Assembly: GCA_964019425.1 (NCBI GenBank)
Contig: OZ025790.1
Coordinates: 124,001 to 188,000, forward strand
Direction: 5' to 3'
DNA: 64,000 nucleotides
From: Flectonema sp. DT1601
Lineage: Eukaryota
The first letter of the stretch is position 1; the number at the start of each line of letters is the position of its first letter. The notes beneath the pieces were generated by a model. It ran no database searches. It saw only the letters and a list, made by a program, of their open reading frames with translations, and was not told the origin of the DNA. Position numbers and translations under genes: made by a program. Below are positions 38,406 through 47,668 of the stretch, in pieces.

Positions 38406-40367
38406 AAAAAAAAACTACGTCGTGTTAGTTTAAGGTTTAAAAAAAACAAGAAATCAATTGCAAAAAAAAAATTTTTAATTTTTTTGTAACTTATTCTTGG
38501 TAACCGTTCAGCAAAAAGAACTCAAAAGAGTCCTAAATCACCGACTACGTCGGTACAAAAAAAAAAAAAAAAAAAAAAGAGGAGGAGGAGGAAACGTAAG
38601 ATGACATCAATCTCCACAGCCGTTACAAAGAACCGAACATAAAACAGGAAATCCGGTTTGCCTGATATCACGTAAGTGATGTGTTATTAGATACTGCACC
38701 AATAAGGAACGCATTACAAGGGTATCCACACGACAGAAAAAGACAAAAAAACCAAACAAGGGAATATCTCACTAACATTAACAACAAAAAAAAAAAAAAA
38801 ACAATAAGATGACAACCTATCAAAAAAAAAAAGCATTATCAGTAATAAACGAAGAAAGGAAAACAAAACAAAAAAAAACGGGAATTCCGTTAAATTGTTT
38901 TGTAGGAATGTTTTAAAACTTTTAGCCCTTTTTTTTTTTTTTTTTTTTTTGAAAAACTATTGCAGTTTTCGAGGAATTCAACAACCTCTCCCTCTCCTGT
39001 GTTGAGATTATTAATAACTTCCTTCTAATTGTAAAAAAGAAGAAAAAAAAGACAAAGGGGAAAGAAAAAAAAAAAAAAAAAAAAAAAATAGACACCGTTA
39101 CAACCTGCATACTTGTCAAGTCTGATAGCCCCTTTAGAGAAATTAAATCATGGGAGGGGACCACAAACAAGACACGTTCACCAACTGGAAGAAACAGATT
39201 ATTATTTTTATTTTTATTTTTATTTTTTTCCTCCCCCCCGAAATAATAAACGCAGTTGAAACCCACCCGATGTACGTGCGTGGCCAGCCAATATTAATTC
39301 CGTTGCGTACTACTCACAACGTGTGGTTAAAGAAGTTGCAATCAACGTTGAGATTATGTAGGAAAAAAAAAAAAACAACGGAAAAAACTAGCTTAGCCAC
39401 AATCGACAAAATAAATAACAGGCGATCTATCTTGATAATTCCGTTAAAAGAGAGAGAATCACCGAATTAAAGAGGAAAAATAAATAAAAAAAAGGGAAAA
39501 AAAATAGCTTATTCGCGAAGTTAATAAGAAAAAAAAGAAATTACAAAACCAACGCAAAACATATAAGCAGAGCCATGCACAGAAAAAGGTTTGGAAAAAA
39601 ATGAATAAAATGGGAAAGGGGAAAAAATTCCATGGAATACTCACTTAGGAGAGACTGTCACACTGGAATTAAAAAACACACCTTTTTTTTTAATTTTTTT
39701 TTTTTTTTTTCGATTAATCATCATTCAAACGAAACATTGAACGGACATATCCGCTTTTTGTTTTCGAAGTGAGATTATTTGAAAAGTTTTTTTATTTGTA
39801 AAAAAAAAAAACTTAGATACTCCTTCACATAGTGGGAACACCCCTAGTGCAACTGGAAATATGACTGCGCTGAATAATTACTGTGGGGAAATATTACTGC
39901 GTGGAAAAATTAGTGCGTTAGGACTTAGGCAAGTGAAATTGCATCGCATAAAAGGATGAGCAACAATTTTTTTTTTTTTTTTTTTTCCCCTTTGTTTTTG
40001 CTTTTTCTGCAAAACTAAACGGAATATTACCCAAAAGGTTCTCTATCAGGACGACCTCAAAGGAAACTCTGACTGTCCTAAAGACCTCTGATGTAGCTGT
40101 TCAGAAATGAATCAAAAAAAAAAAAAGAAAATTAAAAAAAAAACAAATGCAGAACGATTCTAAAGCCTTGCTGTAAGAAGAAGAAGAAGAAGAAGATCGA
40201 TCCACGCAGCAGAAACGATGTTTTTACTTTTTTTTTTTTTTCCTTTCATTTCGGAATTTTCCATAAAAAAAAAAAAACATTAAAAAAAAATAATCGCATT
40301 CCTACGCATAAACGCTACATGCCAATAATAAAAGTTTGCAAGACACGTGTGTAACGATAAAAATAAT

Positions 40368-41120
40368 TTAAGCAACCCACTGCGTATGTAATGGAGCGTA
40401 AACCGCAGGAACGAAAACCTGCATTGGTTGGTAGCACATCTGTTGGCCACAACTAGCGAGCGCCATTGGGATGTTAGCTTGCTGAACTGGGAAGATAAAC
40501 TGACGAGGAGGAGTCAACTGCTGCTGAGGTTGTTGCGGTTGCTGTGTTTGGATAACAATATTACGAGTCTGTGCAGCAATCATCTGCTGAGGAACACACT
40601 GCACAGGAACACTACGTAATGCTGCCTGAGTAATTGTCGTTGGTTGTTGCTGCGCCTGCTGCTGTTGTTGGGAAACCGCCTGAGTCGTTTCTGCTTCAGG
40701 TGCCTCCAGCATATCCTGAATGGCGCTAAGTGCTGTGCTGTGAGCTGTGTTTGTTGATAATTTTTCCTTTAGCTCATCAACTTTTCTGTGAACATCGCCA
40801 ACCACCTTTCCCAATCTCACATGGTTAACAACACTCATGCCGTGAATGTGTACTCGTTCTTCTAAGCTTTGCTTTCTGTTGTTAATGTGATACTTTTCAC
40901 AGCTTTCACCGTCTGGACATCCTTCACTAGTTAAGAACGATTGACATTTCCAGCTTCCACTTGTAGTGTAAATTCTTTGTTGTTTCTGACACTCACGACA
41001 GCGCAGAGTGATGACTTTTTTCTCAGCCCTGACATTATCCCAATTGTTGTGGATACATTTCCTGCTGGATTTGGAACAGCTTTTGTCGCTGCCGCTGTTG
41101 CTATTGTTTGAGCAAGGCAT
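40368..41120 (-). CDS. HNxWDNVR/CCCH zinc-finger family protein, paralogue 4 (250 aa; Q/P-rich C-terminus)
   Basis: CIHNNWDNVR, TLRCRECQ, C-x8-C-x5-C-x3-H, KQSLEERVHIHG. Shares the extension VVNxVRLGKVxxDVHxKVxxLKxxLST with paralogue 2. Confidence 0.9.
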   Translation of the reverse strand: MPCSNNSNSGSDKSCSKSSRKCIHNNWDNVRAEKKVITLRCRECQKQQRIYTTSGSWKCQSFLTSEGCPDGESCEKYHINNRKQSLEERVHIHGMSVVNHVRLGKVVGDVHRKVDELKEKLSTNTAHSTALSAIQDMLEAPEAETTQAVSQQQQQAQQQPTTITQAALRSVPVQCVPQQMIAAQTRNIVIQTQQPQQPQQQLTPPRQFIFPVQQANIPMALASCGQQMCYQPMQVFVPAVYAPLHTQWVA

Positions 41121-41471
41121 AATTTATTAAGGCTGATAAAAATGGAAATAAAAATTTAAAAAAATAAATAAATAAATCCGATTTATAATCCCCAACACAT
41201 GTTTGGTCTTCAATATTACTAATTAACGCTTATGCGATGGTATTGTCAATCGACATGATTTGGATGTAGAAGTGGTGTTTTTTTTTTTTTTTTTTAAAAA
41301 CTCAAGTAAGTTCACCCACGCACTACACGAAGTCCCAAATACAGAAAGAGAAGTACACGAACTAATTTTTTTTTTTTTTTTTTTTTTTTAAAAATCCCCT
41401 CATATAGGATTCTGTACAGTGTGTTTTTACGCATAATTTTTTGCCTTTTTAACTGCTGGGGTTAGCTTAGT

Positions 41472-41504
<33 letters not shown>

Positions 41505-41863
41505 GTTTCATTCCAAAGTAAGACTCCTGACAACTCGAAGATAGTTTGCCAAAAAAAAGAAATTTATTAATTGGTAAGTTGGTTGATATAGTATCCTAAC
41601 ATAGAAGTGGTTACCAGGGCCTCAAGGCGCCCAGCCATTTAAATAGAACCGATCCTTAATAATAATAAAAAGAATAATAAAAACGTGGAATTGACCCCTC
41701 TCAACAAAGACTCTGTTGAATTGAGGAAAAATAATAAAAAAAATAAAACAAAAGTGTCAAACAACCAAAACCTCTCTTTTTCTTTTTTTTTTTTAAATAA
41801 ACTTTATAATTCTAAAATTTCAAAACAGAACCAGGATTGATCTTCGTGTGCTATCAAGGGTCC

Positions 41864-41895
<32 letters not shown>

Positions 41896-41923
41896 CACTT
41901 AAACATAATTTCACTTCGCAAAC

Positions 41924-42556
41924 TCAACTAATTACACATTTTCCCTTCCCACTATCATCTATTTGATCATCAACGACAGTGTGCTGTGTAACTGGAGCCG
42001 GAAATGTATTTTTTTCCAACAGTCTCCATCTGCTTCGACCTCCGGGATTGAAAAAGAAGACTTGTCTAAAAAGAGATGGAGCATTTGGCATTCGAAGAAC
42101 AACCAACGCAATTGGATAAGGAAGGTCTCTCGGAAGCACTGGCAATAGAGGAGCCTTAAGACCAATCGTTAAGAATGATGCAATGTAACGATACAATGCC
42201 GGAGACAACAAGTTTTTCCTCCTCGATGCTATTTTACTTAACACTAACCGAGGTTTGAAATCTGTAACTATGTATCCTCTTTTATTGCGAATCTCGACAC
42301 CAGATAATTTCCTTCCCCTTAAAATTTCAAGACAAGGAGGTTGCAATGGCATTACAGAACTAACAGGGTCCGACATAGTCACCGCAATCACTCCTCCAGA
42401 TGGGGCTAATTCCAGTACTTCCCATCCGTGAGTGTAATCCTCATAAACATCCGCTACGACTTCGCCTTTTAGAACCATCTCGCTAACGTCACGATCCATG
42501 TAGGATGCTCCCTTGCAGGCTGTCGCCCCAGACCTGCTAACTCCCGCAATCGACAT
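41924..42556 (-). CDS. Hypothetical protein (210 aa) with C-terminal CaaX-like motif (GKGKCVIS)
   Basis: Homopolymer-free ORF of coding-like composition on the gene strand, ending in CVIS-stop. Confidence 0.75.
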   Translation of the reverse strand: MSIAGVSRSGATACKGASYMDRDVSEMVLKGEVVADVYEDYTHGWEVLELAPSGGVIAVTMSDPVSSVMPLQPPCLEILRGRKLSGVEIRNKRGYIVTDFKPRLVLSKIASRRKNLLSPALYRYIASFLTIGLKAPLLPVLPRDLPYPIALVVLRMPNAPSLFRQVFFFNPGGRSRWRLLEKNTFPAPVTQHTVVDDQIDDSGKGKCVIS

Positions 42557-43351
42557 TCTGAATTATCGGGACATATTTATTCACCTTTTTTAAAAAAAAA
42601 AAAAAAAGATTTATTTTTCTTTCTTATGAATTATTTTATTATCGTTAGTGATGTTTTAAATATGGTGAAAACCTGGTTGTGAAGTAGCGAATGGTGTTCT
42701 GAACTTATTTTATTTTATTTTATTTTCCGAAGATTAAATTAAGTCATACCAAAGAATAATAATAAAACCAGCTTTTTGAAGAAGCTTTTATTTCTAATTT
42801 GTTCTCCCCTACTACCGGTTTATGTTTGTTTTGTTTTGTTTTGTTTTTTTTTTTGAAAAAAAAAAACTTTAAAAAAAAAATGTATGAATGAAATAACAAA
42901 TTGGGATCATTTATTTATATTTTGTTTGTTTTTTTTTGTGTGATTTCTTCTTTTACCATTTAAACTCCTCTCCTTTGGAGAGGAAGAATTGCGTAGCGAA
43001 AGTTTCCCTCATTATTTATTTCACTCACGGACAGAGAGGGTATCACAAACATATCTTATTTTTTTTTTAGACGGATAGGGTTTTGAGGGAAGGGACGTTC
43101 TACTTCGGAACATCACCGCTGCACATGATCCGCGCAGCGGGGGTTCTAACTCGCTTGTGATAATACACAACTACATGTCACACCTGGTACAATTCCTCAA
43201 ACAGATCTCGGAGGAGCTTTTTTTTGTAACCTTCGGCTTTTTTTTTTTTTTTTTTTTTTTTTGAACAGATTTTTTGGATTTATAAAAAAAATTATTAATT
43301 AAAAACTTCTACTACTTTTCTTCAGATATAATTGTTTTCTCAATTCTGAAT

Positions 43352-44647
43352 TTACCTTCCCCTCATCATCATGAAGAAACCAGTACCCTGTTTTTGATTT
43401 TTTTTTTTTTTTTTTTTTTCGTTCTCCCAACGGTCTTCCCCGATTATAACAAACATAAATAGATTTATAGTACACACCAATACAACAACAATAACAACGA
43501 CAGGCATCGGATCGAATTCATTGTTTGCACGCTCAGCACGTTTCTGTTTGTTGTAGTCTGCCCAATCAAACGGAGCATCTTCAACTACAGCACCAGCTGA
43601 GTTTTGTGATACGACTGCTTGATTTGTTTTGCCATCACCTGGAAATAGTTTAAATGGATAGGTGAGTTCATCCGCAGGGTCATCTGACGCGATTGGAATC
43701 TTTTCCCAACTCTGACCTCCATTGTGAGAATAACAAACATAAATTGCTTCGTTTGGAGCATCAGTAGTTGTAATCACAACTGATTGCTTGTGAGGAATTA
43801 CCCCCTCACCATCTTCTTTATCTTCATTGAAGCCAACAAGAGGATGAATAGGACCTGACGTACAGTCCACCGTCGATACAAAGATTCTAACTAACGGACT
43901 CACTTTAAACCCTTGAAACATTAACGTAAATGGTATTCCAACTGTTGGACCCTTACAGGTTGGACATCCGCTGGTTGATACTTGATATGCTACAGGTAGG
44001 TATATTTGAACCTTACGTTGTTCAGCAGGTGATATTTCTCCTTTCTTACTAACACCGATGGCCCTGACGTAATGAACACCCGGGGTGTCTATTATAAAGG
44101 GGGCTTTGTATACTGGACTTTTCAAGTCTGGCATATCACCATCAACCGTATAATGAACAACCGTGTCTTCAGGAGCAGAAATATACATTTGAACTCGACT
44201 GCGGTATGTGCTTGCTTTTGTTGGTGTGTGGATTTGGGGGATTGAGGATGTGACGTTTATTCTTTCAATGTGAAACTTTGCACTGGCAGCAGATGATGGT
44301 TGTTGTCCGTTTGTGACAGCCATCGCAGACACCCAGGTTTCACCAGGTCTGTGAATAAGAATTCTCTCACCTTTTTGTAATTGTTTTGTTGGTTTATCTA
44401 AACCGACATTTTCAGGATCGGGTTCAACCATCTGACAATTATCACTTACAGTACCACAAACAGTAATTGTATAGTATAGCATTGTGTCTCTTTCTCTAGC
44501 ATTTGATAAGATTGCTACCCCTTCTGGTACTCCTCCCATAAATAATCCACCCGCTGGGACAATTGACGGAGGCATCGATTGTACAATCGCAATCCTACCT
44601 CCAACTGCGCATACCAATGTCAACAAACCTAGTAGTATATCACGCAT
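43352..44647 (-). CDS. Type I membrane protein (431 aa) with FN3-associated / chitobiase C-terminal-like domain
   Basis: Signal-like MRDILLGLLTLVCAVGG; motif 'VHYTVDGDMPDLKSPVYKAPFIIDTPGVHYVRAIG'; TM segment PVVVIVVVLVCTINLFMFVII. The C-terminal tail crosses a poly-A run, so the exact end is uncertain. Confidence 0.8.
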   Translation of the reverse strand: MRDILLGLLTLVCAVGGRIAIVQSMPPSIVPAGGLFMGGVPEGVAILSNARERDTMLYYTITVCGTVSDNCQMVEPDPENVGLDKPTKQLQKGERILIHRPGETWVSAMAVTNGQQPSSAASAKFHIERINVTSSIPQIHTPTKASTYRSRVQMYISAPEDTVVHYTVDGDMPDLKSPVYKAPFIIDTPGVHYVRAIGVSKKGEISPAEQRKVQIYLPVAYQVSTSGCPTCKGPTVGIPFTLMFQGFKVSPLVRIFVSTVDCTSGPIHPLVGFNEDKEDGEGVIPHKQSVVITTTDAPNEAIYVCYSHNGGQSWEKIPIASDDPADELTYPFKLFPGDGKTNQAVVSQNSAGAVVEDAPFDWADYNKQKRAERANNEFDPMPVVVIVVVLVCTINLFMFVIIGEDRWENEKKKKKKNQKQGTGFFMMMRGR

Positions 44648-45018
44648 TATTAATATTCTGCTACTGTTGGAAGGGATGTGGTAATCAGGACATCAACGAT
44701 GGTATTGGGTAAACTCTAAGAGAGCTAACTGATACTTACATGTTTTTTTTCCCCCCTGTTGTGAAACAATCATTCTTGCAAAGAAAAATCTTTTCCAACC
44801 AATAGAATGTCATAACGTAACAACACACGTTTTGTTAATGGAAAATCACCTCTTTTTTTTTTTTTTGAAAAAAAAATTCCTATCACTCTTGTGTAAGAAA
44901 TTTGAAGTGAAAAAAAAAAAACTTTCGTTCGAAATTTAATTGGATAATCACGTAACCTTTTTGGTATAAAGTAATAAACCAATTACATTGGGGGGGAAGA
45001 TGGAAAGTAAAAAACAAC

Positions 45019-46458
45019 CTAAACACAAAGATTCCAACCTGGCTGACAGACGGGAACCTTTGTTGGCCATCCCTGTCTCATCGCTGAGGAATACATCATT
45101 GGAGGTGCAGCATAGTTTCCTTGAAACATAGAGTATGGTTCATTGCTTGCTGTTATTCTTGTTTTATTTAGATTGGTCCAACTAAGAGTCCATAGAACGA
45201 ATTGTTTTGCTCTGTAGAACATCTTAAGGGATTGTTGTGGTTGAGATTTCGAAAGAATGAATCCAGCTTCTTGAAACATATTAACATTACCCATAACACC
45301 ATGGCAGAACATTGTACCTTTAGCAAGAAGACCACGTTCCCATGCAACATCAGCCACCTGTAGTCCGATAGCGTTGTATGTTTGATTGTTAAATAACAAT
45401 GCCGCTTCCAAAAAGATATTTATAAAACCTGGAGCACCGTGACACCATTGAACTCTAGCATCAGCATCTGTACCATATGCTGCAGCACATCCTCCAGCTA
45501 GGTTTGTTGGAATGTTCCAATCAGCTAATTGTAATTCAACATAATAATCAATCGTATTTTTTATTATAACTGTGTAGTTCGATTCCCAATCGTGACCCAT
45601 ACTGCGGGCTGTAAATAGAGTTTTGATAGCCCCTGATGAACCATGACCAGGACCATACAAAAAACAATTTGGAAAAGCTTCATACTCGAGGATGTCGCGA
45701 GAAGTTCCACTTGCGACTCCGACAGACAGGATTTGATTGATTATAATTGAGATGGTTTTGTTATCGATTATCGGTGTAACGCTCTGATTGTTAATAAGCA
45801 AAGCACCATACAACATACCTGACAGACCTGTATCAAGTGTACAGTCAGTCGTGCTCACACCATCTGGTGTTTTCGGTTTATTTTGTAAAATTGCAGTCGC
45901 GACCTCATCAAAAGCATTCTTAATCAGATTTAAATACATTTGTTCTTTGCTGCTATCAACCTTCGATGCCACATACCAAACACCTATGTGACCATAAAGG
46001 TACGAAGAGTATTTTTGTTTTTCTGGAAGCAGTTCAACAGCCTTTGTGATATACAACTCAGCGATATTCAGAAGAGTATTATTAGTGCTGCCTCCGTTGT
46101 AGTAGCTCCGTAAGTGGACTAAACCTCTACCAGCAGATCCAGAAAACAAATCGTAACCGTTTGAAACTTTACTTGGAGGTAAGTTCTCACCCCACCAGTT
46201 AAAATAATAATTCGAAAATTCTTTCATCATTCCAACTTCAGACTGGCTAAACTCCAACGAGTCACCCGAAACATAATCTGAAGCAATGTTTGTATAACAA
46301 GGAGGACACGGAGGACCAATAGTAGCAGGACATTGTGATGGTAAAGTAGCATTAATGGAAACACATCTATCTTGAGATGGTGGTGTCGGATGTGAATCAA
46401 CTTCTACCACTTCAATACCAGAGATGACCCACGTCACTACCGCGGTTAATAAAATCAT
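45019..46458 (-). CDS. LanC-like (LanCL/GCR2-type) protein with predicted signal peptide (479 aa)
   Basis: LanCL motifs in the expected order: LYGPGHGSSG, QWCHGAPGF, WERGLLAKG, FCHGVMGN, PYSMFQG. Hydrophobic N-terminus. Confidence 0.88.
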   Translation of the reverse strand: MILLTAVVTWVISGIEVVEVDSHPTPPSQDRCVSINATLPSQCPATIGPPCPPCYTNIASDYVSGDSLEFSQSEVGMMKEFSNYYFNWWGENLPPSKVSNGYDLFSGSAGRGLVHLRSYYNGGSTNNTLLNIAELYITKAVELLPEKQKYSSYLYGHIGVWYVASKVDSSKEQMYLNLIKNAFDEVATAILQNKPKTPDGVSTTDCTLDTGLSGMLYGALLINNQSVTPIIDNKTISIIINQILSVGVASGTSRDILEYEAFPNCFLYGPGHGSSGAIKTLFTARSMGHDWESNYTVIIKNTIDYYVELQLADWNIPTNLAGGCAAAYGTDADARVQWCHGAPGFINIFLEAALLFNNQTYNAIGLQVADVAWERGLLAKGTMFCHGVMGNVNMFQEAGFILSKSQPQQSLKMFYRAKQFVLWTLSWTNLNKTRITASNEPYSMFQGNYAAPPMMYSSAMRQGWPTKVPVCQPGWNLCV

Positions 46459-46643
46459 GTTATCTATCTGAACTGAGAGGAAAATATGAATTAAATTACA
46501 AACACAAACTTAACTACTGTCACACGATTCGATCCTCCCTCCGAGTTGTAAGTACGCGGAAGTCTGCCACCAATAAGTACATCTCACTCACTATCTGTTA
46601 CGTCGTCTTTGAACTAGGTAGCTCTAGTTAGATGTGAACTTAA

Positions 46644-46835
46644 TTATAAATCAATAGCATCTGGAAGAGTTGTCTTGTCCCATTTACTCTTTCCTCCGAC
46701 CCCAATCATGCCGGGAGGTGTAATTATGGCTAAGCTATCTCCTCTGGCAACTCCTCCTCCTTTTACCATTCTAAGCTCTCCATTTTTAGTGACTACCATC
46801 TTATTCGATTTTTTAATCTTTTTAACGCTGCCCAT
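46644..46835 (-). CDS. Possible small basic protein (63 aa, MGSVKKIKKSNK...PDAIDL)
   Basis: Homopolymer-free ORF on the gene strand. Its ATG context (attattATG) resembles that of neighbouring genes. Confidence 0.4.
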   Translation of the reverse strand: MGSVKKIKKSNKMVVTKNGELRMVKGGGVARGDSLAIITPPGMIGVGGKSKWDKTTLPDAIDL

Positions 46836-47364
46836 AATAATTATTACTTGTGTTAACTCTCTGTTTTCATAATAAGTAATTTTTGTTATTATTATTATTG
46901 TTTGTTTTGTTTTTTGTTCGAACACGTTACGGAAATGGATCAGATATCAGTCTACTTTCGTTCAAAAAAAAAAAAAAAGAGAGAAAAAAACTGAAATACA
47001 TAACTAAAAAGAATTAATCATTTTTTTTTTTTTTGAAAGAAAACAGTTTTTGAAAGAAACACACAATAAAAAGTTAATATTGTTACCAATTATTTTACAC
47101 TATTTTTTTTAAGGGAAAATGGGGAAATTTAAAAAAAAAAAAAAAAAAATTTAAAAAAATAAAATCCCAGTTTATCTGGTTATTTTTTTTTTTTTTTTTT
47201 TCCCGCCTCACCCTTTCCCTAGTTAAGTATTGCATTTCAAGTTTAAGGACAGAACGAAACATAAAAAGAACTAAATTGAAAATAATAAACCAAAAAAAAA
47301 AAAAAAAAAAATGAAGTCATTCTTACGCGATTCATTTTTTTTCAACTAATAAAAAAAAAAAAAA

Positions 47365-47430
47365 AAACCAATCAGATAAAAAGCCTTATATTTTGTTGAT
47401 CACTTATACGGCTCTTAATCTGAATAGTTT
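47365..47430 (+). repeat. Copy of the dispersed inverted-repeat element, lacking the terminal hairpin
   Basis: AAACCAATCAGATAAAAAGCCTTATATTTTGTTGAT...TACGGCTCTTAATCTGAATAGTTT. Confidence 0.8.
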
Positions 47431-47668
47431 AAAGAAAGAAAAGAAAGAAGAGAAGAATGATTCCACGAGATGTCTTTCCAGTTGTATCTATAGGCACAAT
47501 AAAGTGCCAGTAGAGTGAAAATCAAAACTATTTCTGCTTCCTTCGAGAGTTCTAATTCAACGGGAAATCTCTTTTTAAAAAAAAAATAAAATAAAAAAAA
47601 AAAAAAAAAAACGATTGCTATCGAAACAAGAGAACGCTTTTTTGGGGTTCTCAAAAAAAAAAAAAAAA

